Shown here: positions 30,656 to 40,136 of the stretch, piece by piece
Position numbering within the stretch: the first letter of the stretch is position 1
How the letters are laid out: every line of letters starts with the position of its first letter
Origin: Candidatus Velesiimonas alkalicola
Lineage (GTDB): Bacteria > Omnitrophota > Gorgyraeia > Velesiimonadales > Velesiimonadaceae
Length of the DNA: 64,000 nucleotides
Direction: 5' to 3'
NCBI GenBank assembly: GCA_013626165.1
Contig: NDHX01000009.1
Span: forward strand, 2,007-66,006
Translations under genes and position numbers: made by a program
The notes under the pieces: model-generated
The model's database searches: none
The model's input: only the letters and a program-made list of their open reading frames with translations
Told to the model about the DNA's origin: nothing

Positions 30656-30934
30656 TTAACTTTTTTTTACAGGACAGGATGCGCAAGTTGATGGGACTGT
30701 TTTATCGGCTGGACAAGGCGCCTTTTCCTTTTCCGCTTTCATATGGTAAGAAGGCTTTCTGTAGTCTGTCGTGTAAAAACCTTTACCCTTAAACAAAAGC
30801 CCTGAACCCCCGCTGATAAGTCTTTTAACTTTTCCATCACATTTTGGGCATTTTTTCAAAGTCTCATCTTTTATATGTTGAAACACCTCAAAATGATGAC
30901 TGCATTTTGTACATTCATACTCATATGTTGGCAT
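30656..30934 (-). CDS. FmdB-family zinc-ribbon regulatory protein
   Basis: MPTYEYECTKCSHHFEV…CPKC FmdB motif. Confidence 0.7.
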   Translation of the reverse strand: MPTYEYECTKCSHHFEVFQHIKDETLKKCPKCDGKVKRLISGGSGLLFKGKGFYTTDYRKPSYHMKAEKEKAPCPADKTVPSTCASCPVKKS

Positions 30935-30954
30935 ATCTATCTCCTTGTTTTAGG

Positions 30955-31000
30955 TAACTGGTGACAGACAACTGGTGACTGGTGCTCTGGAAACTGGTTT
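30955..31000. repeat. degenerate 8-mer tandem array (ACTGGTGA/CTGGTGCT)
   Basis: aactggtgacagacaactggtgactggtgctctgg. Confidence 0.45.
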
Positions 31001-31019
31001 CCCCCAGTTTTCTCACCTT

Positions 31020-32144
31020 TTATCTGTCTTTATTGTGTTTTTTTATTTTTTCCGAAAATTCTTTTTGTAAAGGTGTATTTTCCGGCCTGGACAATTTATT
31101 AAATTCTTCAAGGATTCTTTTTTGTTCAGATGTAAGATGAACAGGTGTTTCCACTATAATACGAACAAACATATCCGCTCTTGATCTTAAATTTAAATCA
31201 GGAAGTCCACCCTTTTTTATTCTTAATATCTGCCCATCTTGTGTACCGGGGCTGATGCTTAAAGAAACTGTTTTTCCCTCAAGAGTGGGAATATCAATGT
31301 TTGCTCCCAAGGCTGCCTGGATAACATTTACAGGAACATTGCAAATAATATTGCTCCCTTCTTTTTCAAATACAGGATGTTTATTTATTTTTATTATAAC
31401 ATAAAGGTCGCCTCTTCTTCCTGATTGAGAAACCTCGCCTTCACCGCCTACTCTAAGGGAAGTCCCATCGTCCACGCCAGCAGGAATCTTAATTGTAATC
31501 CTTCTTTCTACTGATACCCTTCCCTTTCCTTTACAATGTGAACAGGGACGCTTTATAATCTTACCCTGCCCGGAACATCTATCACAGGTCTGTGATAGCG
31601 CAAAGAACCCTTGCACAAACCTTGTCTGCCCTGCACCCTTGCATCTTGGACAAACTGAAAAATCGGATTCTGTTCTTGCTCCTCTTCCCTGGCACTCGTT
31701 ACAGAACTCCATTCTTGACAAACTTATTGTTTTCTCAGCGCCTGTCATAACATCTTCAAGGTTAAGTTCCACAAATGCCTGTTTGTCTTTACCTCTTCGT
31801 GTGCCTGTGCCAAAACCTGTAAATGAGCGAAGAATATCTGCAAACGAACCTCCAAATATATCTTCCACATCATCAAAATGCGTAAAATCTGACCAGGTAA
31901 ATCCACCACCTGTAAATGCACCCCTTAACCCCTCATATCCAAACTGGTCATATGTTGCCCTTTTTTGAGGGTCACTGAGCACCTCATATGCCTCTGATAT
32001 TTCTTTAAATCTTTCCTCAGAAGCCTTATCACCAGGGTTTCTGTCCGGATGATACTTAAGGGCAAGTTGCCTGTATGAACTTTTTATAGCAGATTGGTCT
32101 GCGTCCCTTGAAACTCCGAGTGTACGATAATAATCCTTATCCAT
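31020..32144 (-). CDS. dnaJ: molecular chaperone DnaJ
   Basis: J-domain with HPD (YHPDRNP), four CxxCxGxG, C-terminal domain. Confidence 0.9.
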   Translation of the reverse strand: MDKDYYRTLGVSRDADQSAIKSSYRQLALKYHPDRNPGDKASEERFKEISEAYEVLSDPQKRATYDQFGYEGLRGAFTGGGFTWSDFTHFDDVEDIFGGSFADILRSFTGFGTGTRRGKDKQAFVELNLEDVMTGAEKTISLSRMEFCNECQGRGARTESDFSVCPRCKGAGQTRFVQGFFALSQTCDRCSGQGKIIKRPCSHCKGKGRVSVERRITIKIPAGVDDGTSLRVGGEGEVSQSGRRGDLYVIIKINKHPVFEKEGSNIICNVPVNVIQAALGANIDIPTLEGKTVSLSISPGTQDGQILRIKKGGLPDLNLRSRADMFVRIIVETPVHLTSEQKRILEEFNKLSRPENTPLQKEFSEKIKKHNKDR

Positions 32145-32522
32145 TTAATTATTTTCCTTTATGTTGATATACTTAAGCAATAGATTCAATGTCTTCTGCA
32201 GCTTCAAAAGACCAGACTACAATGATTTTTTATTATTCAAACTCTGATTTTTGCAAGTTTGACTGTCGAACAATAGAAAGTAATGTGCCGATGCGAATTT
32301 CTTTATGATCGGGGACTGGAGCTGTAATCATGGTATTAGGCAACATTCTTTTCCTAACTGGCAGTGTCTTTTTGACAATATCCTGACTGATTTCATTAAC
32401 AGACTCGGCTCTGCCAAGATTGGCGGCAAATTCTTTTTAATACTTTTTTTTAATTCTATTAATTTTTCTGAAAAATAATATTTTGTATAATTTTTTAGTT
32501 ATTGCCATAATTCATTTACTAA

Positions 32523-32875
32523 TTATCCCAACAAATTTTTAAATGCTTCAAGTGCTGTCAATAAACTCTCCGCTCTTAAGGATTTGTAATAGTCCAGTTT
32601 GTGTATTGGTTTATCAACTTTTCTTTCACCCTCAAGCAAAGTGATTATATTCAAATCAATATCAAAATATGAAAGTACTGTATGTGTTGAAGGGCTCCCA
32701 TATTTGAGATGATTAGCAGAAGAATAATCGCCGCCGAGTTGGCTTTCTAATTAGAATAAAACAAATGAAAGGTCAGGGAAAACTTGTTTGAATAAAGTAA
32801 AATCAACTAATATTCCTTTCAACATTGCGTCTTCTGTATATGCTTTGCATTCCATAGCCATCTTAAATTTTTTTA
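32523..32875 (-). pseudogene. 3' half of a second copy of the 238-aa putative restriction endonuclease (paralogue of 35503..36219), with stops
   Basis: ~75% nt identity to 35503-35870 (…ttcatcaacttttctttcacc…atcaatatcaaaatatgaaagta…); internal TAA/TAG. Confidence 0.55.
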
Positions 32876-33082
32876 TGCAAACACCAATCGGCCTTTAGGC
32901 TGGGGGATAGGGCGTCCTAACTCTTTTGCGGTTGCAATCCACTCTTTAATAATTACTTCAACATTAGCAAGTGCTTCCTGATATGTAGCACCATCTGCTG
33001 CACAGCCTGGTAACTCTGGCACCTCAGCAATAAAAGCCTTATCCTCTGCGCTCCAGTAAATAATTACTTCATACTTACACAT
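32873..33082 (-). CDS. hicB: HicB-family antitoxin (UPF0150)
   Basis: MCKYEVIIYWSAEDKAFIAEVPELPGCAADGATYQEALANV typical HicB. Confidence 0.75.
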   Translation of the reverse strand: MCKYEVIIYWSAEDKAFIAEVPELPGCAADGATYQEALANVEVIIKEWIATAKELGRPIPQPKGRLVFA

Positions 33083-33296
33083 TTTCCTTTTCTCCTAGTT
33101 TATATTTTAGTATCACATTACGAACCTGTTTAACCTGATAAGGTTTTGATTTACTGCCTTTGGGTTGTAAATTGAGTATCTCCTCAATAACATCTTTTGT
33201 AAATATATGATGGCTACCACGTATTCTCTCCTCAAATCTTAAATATTTCAATAGACCGCATAATCCATCTTCGGCGCATTTACAGGAATGGCATTA
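33083..33296 (-). CDS. hicA: HicA-family toxin (no in-frame ATG/GTG; possibly TTG start or inactive)
   Basis: Manual translation …LLKYLRFEERIRGSHHIFTKD…; stop TAA overlaps hicB ATG (ATGTGTAA). Confidence 0.45.
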
Positions 33297-33404
33297 AAAG
33301 AAACACCGCTGTCATTTCTGACCATCTTGATATAACCTGTATTCTTCCCAACCCCCCATTTTAAAAGCCCATGAAAATGGGCTTTCTTTTTTGCTTTTTA
33401 TAAA

Positions 33405-33830
33405 TCATTTGTTCTCCTGGAGCCATTCCTCTATTTTTATTTTAATTTTATCCCTGACCTCTCTCGTCTTTGCCAGCCTTTCTTCATGCTCGCCTGTAAA
33501 TGAAGATGGATCTTCAAAGCTCCAGTGAAGCATTTTTGAGGCTCCTTGGAATACGGGACATCTTTCTGCCGAAGCCTCATCGCAGACCGTTATCACATAA
33601 TTAAACAGCCGTCCTTCTTTAAAAAAATCGAACACGCGCTTTGTCTCGTTCGGCGATATATCTATCCCGATATCCCTCATCGCTTCAACAGCAAGGGGGT
33701 TTAATGTGCCCGGCTCAATGCCTGCGCTTTCAGTCTCAAACATGTCTCCTCCCATATTGTTTAAAAATGCCTCTGCCATCTGGCTCCTTGCGCTATTGTG
33801 CACGCACACGAATAAAACTTTTCGTTTCAT
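33405..33830 (-). CDS. arsC: arsenate reductase, LMW-PTP/thioredoxin-coupled type (start MKRKVLFVC)
   Basis: [13 protein letters not shown]-loop and downstream Cys residues. Confidence 0.8.
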   Translation of the reverse strand: MKRKVLFVCVHNSARSQMAEAFLNNMGGDMFETESAGIEPGTLNPLAVEAMRDIGIDISPNETKRVFDFFKEGRLFNYVITVCDEASAERCPVFQGASKMLHWSFEDPSSFTGEHEERLAKTREVRDKIKIKIEEWLQENK

Positions 33831-34480
33831 ACAGTCCTCCATTTATCCTTCAAAAATTTGCAGGCTAAAACAGCCGTATATGCGCCTAAAACAGGGGCGG
33901 TTAAATAAATCCATACGGCATCGAAATTTCCCGATACAATTGCCGGCGCAATGGAGCGGGCTGGATTCATAGAAGCTCCGCTGACAGGACCGGCGAACAG
34001 CGCAAGCAGCGCCACGGTTGCGCCGACAGCAATTCCTGCCATGATTCCTGTTTCCCTTGCATCTGCGGAAACATTGAGTATTACAAACATGAGGATGAAA
34101 GCAAGGATAACCTCCATAAAGAAGGATTGAACCGCTGCCCCTGAAGGCACGGTTGCGCCGAGAGTTTGATGTTCCGGAAACAATAACCTGAGCGATATGC
34201 TTGCCGCCAATGCCCCTGAACACTGGCTTAAAATATAAGGCAAAACATCATGTTTTGACAGTCTGCCTGATGTCCAGAATCCAATGGTAACTGCCGGGTT
34301 TATGTGTGCGCCCGAAATATCGCCTATAGCATAAATCATTGCCGTCACAACCAGTCCAAAGGTTAGCGCGATGCCTGTGTGGCTGATTGCTCCATTGGCG
34401 GCATCATTAACTACAATGGCGCCTGTGCCTGTAAAGACAAGGCAGAATGTCCCAATAAATTCGGCAGTGTATTTTTTCAT
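33827..34480 (-). CDS. MIP-family aquaglyceroporin (AqpS/GlpF-like), likely arsenite channel
   Basis: Two NPA boxes (HINPAVT, SMNPARS), 6-TM pattern; overlaps arsC start by 4 bp. Confidence 0.75.
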   Translation of the reverse strand: MKKYTAEFIGTFCLVFTGTGAIVVNDAANGAISHTGIALTFGLVVTAMIYAIGDISGAHINPAVTIGFWTSGRLSKHDVLPYILSQCSGALAASISLRLLFPEHQTLGATVPSGAAVQSFFMEVILAFILMFVILNVSADARETGIMAGIAVGATVALLALFAGPVSGASMNPARSIAPAIVSGNFDAVWIYLTAPVLGAYTAVLACKFLKDKWRTV

Positions 34481-34800
34481 TTCTCCCGTTTATTTTTTCT
34501 CGCATTAAACCATTTCGGTTGTCATTTCCCTTCACGAAGTTTTTCCGCAAAAAAAGCAGGCAAGCGGATACTGTAATCGCCGAGGCGACTTTTTCAACGT
34601 CGTAAGGCACACTTATGAACCCTGTTTTTACGTCTTCGAGCAGACATTCGACGAGGGTCAGGCATGCCCGTGTATCCCCATCCTTCGGCTTTCCGACGCT
34701 GCCGGCATTAATGAATACCTTGCCGCCCAAGTCTCTTCTGTACGGAATATGGGTATGTCCGTAAATCAGGATATCCGCCTTTGCCTTGCCCAGTCAAAAA
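34407..34800 (-). pseudogene. metallophosphoesterase (YfcE/MJ0936 family) C-terminal remnant
   Basis: …LGKAKADILIYGHTHIPYRR…GGKVFINAGSVGKPKDGDTRACLTLVE matches MPE C-terminal motifs; N-terminal half absent. Confidence 0.5.
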
Positions 34801-35049
34801 GACTCGCACAAAGCTCTATGAATGTGGCATCAAGGCTGAAGAGTTTGTTCCTGAAGCGAAACTTCTTTTTGCCCTTCGCCAACGCCTGACATTTGCTTAA
34901 TTACAGCCTCATAAAACTCCTTCTTAGAAAATATCTGTAGAATCTGACCAAAAATATTGTTAAACTTATTCATGATAACTTCCAGTTCAGGTTTCTATGG
35001 TTTACGCTATTCTATAATACCCGAATCCGAGGGTTATCTAATATCTATT

Positions 35050-35400
35050 TTGGACAGATATGCATTAATATGTACATGGACATCTGTCCACAAGGGATAG
35101 TAAAAATCTTTAATATGGGTTTTTATAAATTTTTTAACCTCGGGACTTTTAACTCTTTCAAGATATTCTTCTTTAATCGGAATTTTAACAGTTTCTTTTT
35201 CAAGAGATAATTTTGCAGGACTTTTTCCTAACTCTTTCCATGCCGTTTCAATTTATAATTTCTGTACATAATCGCTTACAAATTTTTCAAACTGATTTAC
35301 TTTATCTATTATTATTTTTCCCGGGTTAGTTCTTTTTCCTGGTCTGAATGCAAAGAAACCATCAATGTATGCTTCCCAAACCTTTTTCATTTTTTGAAAT
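35050..35400 (-). pseudogene. 5' half of the second copy of the putative restriction endonuclease (premature TAA)
   Basis: Translation MKKVWEAY…(stop)IETAWKELGKSPAKLSLEKETVKIPIKEEYLERVKSPEV…DFYYPLWTDVHVHIN aligns to aa 1-125 of ORF 35503..36219. Confidence 0.55.
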
Positions 35401-35502
35401 TCTCTTGTCACTTCAATTAAACATTAGGTGATAAAGCACAAACATGCCAAATCGTAATCAAATCCAAAACGCAAGTAAACAAAAACTAAAATAAACCTAC
35501 TC

Positions 35503-36219
35503 CTACAATTTATCTTTCAAAAGTTCTTTAAAAATATCTATTGCTCTTACTAAATTCTTTTTCTTTAGTTCTTTATAAAATTTCGGTTTATGAATTGGTT
35601 CATCAACTTTTCTTTCACCTTCCAACAAGGTTATTATGTTTATATCAATATCAAAATATGAAAGTAATGTATGAGTTGATGGGCTTCCATAAGTAATTTT
35701 TTTGCTTGGTTGTGAATAGTCTCCTGTAAGTTGACTTTCTAATTGAAGCAAAACAAATTTTAGATTTGGAAACACTTGCTTGAACAAAGTGAAATCAACT
35801 AAAATCCTTTTCACCATCGCATTTTCAGTGAAAGATTTACATTCAATAGCAATTACAAACTCATTATTAATGTATGTATGAATATCTGTTTTAAGCGTAT
35901 AATAGTAATCTTGAATGTTTTGTTTAATATACTCTACCACTTCACGACTCCTAATCCGTGCCAAATACTGTTGGTTTAAGGGAATTCTTACAGTTTGCTT
36001 TTCTAATGATAATCGATCTGATTTTCCCCCTAATCCCTGCCAAGCAATTCTGACCAAATGTTCTCCAATATTTTCAACCATTAGACCTTTACTGGATCTA
36101 ATGATTCCTCCATATGTCCTATATTCATCTTCATTAGCTTTTGCTTCAATACCCTTAACAAGCAAATTATATGCTTTTAAAATTTCTTTTATTTGTTTTG
36201 ATGTATTTGTTTTGTTCAT
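35503..36219 (-). CDS. putative type II restriction endonuclease (R1) of R-M system 1
   Basis: 238 aa, 4 bp downstream of and co-oriented with a DNA MTase; possible D…ECK catalytic motif; no recognisable family. Confidence 0.45.
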   Translation of the reverse strand: MNKTNTSKQIKEILKAYNLLVKGIEAKANEDEYRTYGGIIRSSKGLMVENIGEHLVRIAWQGLGGKSDRLSLEKQTVRIPLNQQYLARIRSREVVEYIKQNIQDYYYTLKTDIHTYINNEFVIAIECKSFTENAMVKRILVDFTLFKQVFPNLKFVLLQLESQLTGDYSQPSKKITYGSPSTHTLLSYFDIDINIITLLEGERKVDEPIHKPKFYKELKKKNLVRAIDIFKELLKDKL

Positions 36220-36223
36220 TTTT

Positions 36224-37417
36224 TCAAAAAAGTGTAGATTCTATTCTTTGATTAGCAATTTTACAATATTCTTCAGAAACATCTATCCCTAAATATTTTC
36301 TATTAAGCTCTCTTGCAACTTTAGTCGTCGTGCCTGCTCCATTAAAAGGATCTAAAATTATGTCTCCTTTAAAACTAAATAACTTTAAAACTCTTACAAC
36401 CAATTGTTCAGGAAACATTGCAGGATGTCCAAATTCTTTCATTCTTCTTTCAGGTGCTATTGACCATCGTGAGAAAACCCATTTTTTAAATTCCTCTTCG
36501 TTAATGTCAATATCCTCTACTCTTCCTTGTTTCTTCAGATCTCCTTTGCAAAATATTTCCAAATACTCCCACGAATTCTTCAAATAAGGATTGCTAGGGC
36601 TTTTCCAACTACCCCAGGCCGTATATTTACAATTATAATTATTTTTTTCCCATACTATTTCACCCTTCCATATCAACTTATTTTGCATGAAAAAATTACT
36701 GATAATATGGTGACACGGTATATAGTCAGAATATAAAGGTTGTGTGTTGACTATAATTCTGCCACCGTATTTTAAAACTCTTATACATTCTCTGAAAATG
36801 CCGAATAATTTATCAAAATAATTCTCCCATTGATAATCATCATCTTTTTTTGAATAATCTAAACCAAAGTTATATGGTGGAGAAGTAAAAATTAAATCAA
36901 TACAATTATCAGGCAGTTTTTTTAAAACTTCTTCACTATCACCACAAATAATCTGGTTTATATATTCGCTTGGGCAATCGGTATTTTCTTTAACAAAAAA
37001 GTTGTTCCGAGTATAATAATGTTTACCTCTTTTTACCTCTTTCAATTTTCTATTTTTTACTTTTATTTCTTTATTGTAATCCACATATTTTCTTTTTCCG
37101 GATCTTAACCCATAACTTTTAATACTTTCAATTTTACTAATGATTTGTTTTACAGGATTATTATTTTTATTGAGATTATATTTCCTTGAAATATAATCAC
37201 TTAAAGACTTTAATTGTGTTATATCAACTTCCCTTAACAAAATTTTGACTGATTTGTTATTAATCTTTATAGATAGACCTTTATTTGAAAGTTTGGAGTT
37301 AAGTTCATTCAAAGAATTTAATTCATTAGTCGATAATGGGTTTTCAATCTCTAATTGTAGTTCTTTGAATGTCATAACTTTTTTTATTTTATGAAAATCA
37401 TCTGTCATTTCTATCAC
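36224..37417 (-). CDS. beta-class DNA methyltransferase (SPPY, likely N4-cytosine) with ~150-aa N-terminal extension (M1)
   Basis: Motif IV DLIFTSPPY before motif I ILDPFNGAGTT (beta permutation). Confidence 0.8.
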   Translation of the reverse strand: MIEMTDDFHKIKKVMTFKELQLEIENPLSTNELNSLNELNSKLSNKGLSIKINNKSVKILLREVDITQLKSLSDYISRKYNLNKNNNPVKQIISKIESIKSYGLRSGKRKYVDYNKEIKVKNRKLKEVKRGKHYYTRNNFFVKENTDCPSEYINQIICGDSEEVLKKLPDNCIDLIFTSPPYNFGLDYSKKDDDYQWENYFDKLFGIFRECIRVLKYGGRIIVNTQPLYSDYIPCHHIISNFFMQNKLIWKGEIVWEKNNYNCKYTAWGSWKSPSNPYLKNSWEYLEIFCKGDLKKQGRVEDIDINEEEFKKWVFSRWSIAPERRMKEFGHPAMFPEQLVVRVLKLFSFKGDIILDPFNGAGTTTKVARELNRKYLGIDVSEEYCKIANQRIESTLF

Positions 37418-37418
37418 C

Positions 37419-37682
37419 TCACAGATTTAATGTTAATAAGATTATTTTGTCTTCTTCAAAGTCTTCCATGTCAGTATCACATTTAGAACACTTGACATAA
37501 TTTATTTCACCATCGTCGGGATAAGCCGTGTCCCTTTTTGTTATGGTTCCATCTTTTAATTCAAAAATGGTATTCATACGTTCTGATAAACTAACATAAA
37601 AATTATTGCTCTCACATTTTTTACAAACGAGTTTTGTTTTCATAATTACCTCCATTTTGTTTAACGTTCTTTCGTAACCCAT
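37419..37682 (-). CDS. small CxxC…CxxC zinc-ribbon protein
   Basis: CKKCESN…CSKCDT two zinc-knuckle pairs. Confidence 0.4.
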   Translation of the reverse strand: MGYERTLNKMEVIMKTKLVCKKCESNNFYVSLSERMNTIFELKDGTITKRDTAYPDDGEINYVKCSKCDTDMEDFEEDKIILLTLNL

Positions 37683-37938
37683 AACTTTTTATTTTCTCAA
37701 TGTTATTAAATATCGCGTCTAACAATCGGGAGGTTTCGCCATGAGAATTTTTTGCCAGCGTTTGAATATTATTCCTGAAATCGAGAAAATCTAACTGCCG
37801 TAAATTTATAACTAATTCATTATTAGTTAGTTCAAAAGAAATATCTTCTTTCGGATATAAAAATGATAACCGCTCGATTGTTGTATTGTCGGGGTTAATA
37901 TTGCCAGTGTGAATTTTTATAATTTTATAATCGCTCAT
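37621..37938 (-). CDS. small protein similar to the N-terminal extension of MTase M1 (possible remnant of a duplicated MTase 5' end)
   Basis: …IFNNIEKIKSYGLRKNVK vs M1 …QIISKIESIKSYGLRSGKRK. Confidence 0.35.
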   Translation of the reverse strand: MSDYKIIKIHTGNINPDNTTIERLSFLYPKEDISFELTNNELVINLRQLDFLDFRNNIQTLAKNSHGETSRLLDAIFNNIEKIKSYGLRKNVKQNGGNYENKTRL

Positions 37939-37978
37939 TTTATAAAATTGTTTAATACAATAATTTTCGCCTTTATAA

Positions 37979-39130
37979 TTATATCAGTGTTTCTAAAAAT
38001 TTTTTACTTTCCTTTTCATCAATCTTGTTATTTGGTGAAATAATAAGTCGATGAATTGTATTCCCTTCAAATTGAGTTACGCCCCTTGAATGTCTACCCG
38101 CCCAATGTTTTAAAAGAATAGTTGATTTTAATAAATCGGTCTGGAACATTGATACAAGAATTTGATTCACTATTTTGTTTGGCTCAAGCCCTATAAAATA
38201 AAACATAAACACGGCCTGATTGTTCGATAAAAATTCAAGTAATTTATCAATATTATAACCCTTGGGATTTGAGCTCAATATCATTATTTTAGTTTTAACA
38301 TCTGTTGCGGTATTATAATTCTTAAAAATTCTTGTATAATCGCCCAGAGTATTTTTAGTTCTGAAACTAGGGATTTTTCGGCTATTTTTACGTAGGGCCT
38401 CAATTAACTTTTTCCTCAAATTATCATCTTCACCAGCAATCAGGTATTCAATTATTCTGCCTCGAATATTTACATTTTCAATAAAACCGGCTATCAAAAT
38501 TTCATTTTTGTATTTCCGAACTTTTTCATCAAGTTCTTTCTTTAATTGTAAATATTCATTTGAATCGATAAATTTTATTGCCCGTTCTATCGAGTTCAAA
38601 ATAATTGATTTTTGTTGGGGAGAAATTTCAAACTTTTTTCCCGAAGGACTAATATTATTTGTTGCCTCTACTAATCTAACAAGGTTGCCCTCAAATCCGA
38701 TTTCTGCATGAATATTGAATAACTTTTCAAAATTTTCAGGTGAATTATTTATACCATTAAATTCTTTAACAATATCAGACCCATTCAAACTACCTCTAAT
38801 ATTATCAACACGCAATTCCTGTGAACTATGGCTGATTTTCTGTAAAAAGGTTGTGTTAGCTAAATACAAAATATTTTTCTTTGGCATTACAAGACAAACT
38901 ATAAAAGGCAAATCATCGTATTTTTGTAAATTTGATAATGAAATAACTGTGTTTGAAAAATTGGTGGATTTGGAAGAACTAAATCGTACAGCAAAAGCTT
39001 CGCAATAATAAACAGACCTGTCTTTAGTTAAATTAAACTTTTTTTGTACTTCTTTAATTAAAGTAGATTTGTTTCCTATCCCGTTTTTAGACTCTATGAA
39101 GTTTAGAAAGTTAATTATCAATTTATTCAT
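37979..39130 (-). CDS. 383-aa protein of unknown family, candidate restriction endonuclease (R2)
   Basis: ATGA overlap with upstream MTase stop; no recognisable motif. Confidence 0.4.
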   Translation of the reverse strand: MNKLIINFLNFIESKNGIGNKSTLIKEVQKKFNLTKDRSVYYCEAFAVRFSSSKSTNFSNTVISLSNLQKYDDLPFIVCLVMPKKNILYLANTTFLQKISHSSQELRVDNIRGSLNGSDIVKEFNGINNSPENFEKLFNIHAEIGFEGNLVRLVEATNNISPSGKKFEISPQQKSIILNSIERAIKFIDSNEYLQLKKELDEKVRKYKNEILIAGFIENVNIRGRIIEYLIAGEDDNLRKKLIEALRKNSRKIPSFRTKNTLGDYTRIFKNYNTATDVKTKIMILSSNPKGYNIDKLLEFLSNNQAVFMFYFIGLEPNKIVNQILVSMFQTDLLKSTILLKHWAGRHSRGVTQFEGNTIHRLIISPNNKIDEKESKKFLETLI

Positions 39131-40134
39131 AATAGTAATTTACTATTAAATAAATCTCTTTCATTATTTCGTTTTTTTGTTTTGCCATTATTTTGCTCAT
39201 TAAGAGTATTTCTTTCCCAAAAAACCCCGCCAGAATATCCTTGTATTGTTTTATCATTATCAGCTATCTCAAGCCGTTTTTCTGCTAAACAACAATATAA
39301 TTCATCTATATCGATACCAACATATTTACGGCCTAATTTTTTTGCGACAACCGAAGTCGTGCCCGAACCAAGAAACGGGTCAAAAACAATATCATTTGGT
39401 TTTGAACTGGCCAAAATAACTTTAGCAACCAACTTTTCCGGTTTTTGCGTTGGGTGGTCAGTTTTTTCCGGCATAGACCAAAAAGGAATTGTAATGTCTG
39501 TCCAAATATTGGAAGGGTGTGTTATGCGATAATTTCCGTTTTCTGTCTTTTCCCAGTCTTTTGGACTCCCGCTTTCATCTTTGTATGGGGCAAGAACCTT
39601 TCTTTTCATTTTTACCACATCAACATTAAAACAATACTTCTTCGAAAGCGTGCAGAACCAAATATCTTCCGAGCAATTTTTCCAATTTGATTTTGCACCC
39701 CGCCCTTTTTCTCTTTCAAAAGTTATTCTGTTTTGAATTTGAAAATATTTTTTAACTACATTAAAAATTGCACCCGATGATTTCCAATCACCACAAATAT
39801 ATATAGAAGCACTTGGTTTTAATAATCGGATTATTTTCTTAACCCAAGAATCCAACCACTCTTCGTACTTTTCGGACTCCATTGCCCTGAAGGTAGTTAG
39901 GTTAAAAGTCTTGTTTAGGTTATAAGGCGGATCTACAAAAACTAAATCAACAAAATTATTTGGCAAAAAATCTAAAACTTGAAAAATATCTTGGTTGATA
40001 GTTTTATTCTCAATATCCGAAACAGAAACAGGTTTTTCTATTTTGATGAGTTTCTTTTTCAGACGAGCAATTTCACTATCATCTAGCGTTATTGTTCTAT
40101 TCCTTGGTGCTCGATTTCTTGACTTTATTTTCAT
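39127..40134 (-). CDS. beta-class DNA methyltransferase (DPPY, likely N6-adenine) (M2)
   Basis: VDLVFVDPPYN then FDPFLGSGTT. Confidence 0.8.
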   Translation of the reverse strand: MKIKSRNRAPRNRTITLDDSEIARLKKKLIKIEKPVSVSDIENKTINQDIFQVLDFLPNNFVDLVFVDPPYNLNKTFNLTTFRAMESEKYEEWLDSWVKKIIRLLKPSASIYICGDWKSSGAIFNVVKKYFQIQNRITFEREKGRGAKSNWKNCSEDIWFCTLSKKYCFNVDVVKMKRKVLAPYKDESGSPKDWEKTENGNYRITHPSNIWTDITIPFWSMPEKTDHPTQKPEKLVAKVILASSKPNDIVFDPFLGSGTTSVVAKKLGRKYVGIDIDELYCCLAEKRLEIADNDKTIQGYSGGVFWERNTLNEQNNGKTKKRNNERDLFNSKLLL

Positions 40135-40136
40135 AA

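Noticed and set aside
33843-34576. ORFs 33843..34223 (-) and 34379..34576 (+) overlapping the aquaglyceroporin gene
   Set aside because: They are alternative-frame or shadow ORFs of a gene with unmistakable MIP signatures (two NPA boxes).
34838-34980. 47-codon ORF MNKFNNIFGQILQIFSKKEFYEAVIKQMSGVGEGQKEVSLQEQTLQP between the MPE remnant and the endonuclease pseudogene
   Set aside because: It sits at a rearrangement junction with no RBS and no recognisable similarity. It is probably a junction artefact.
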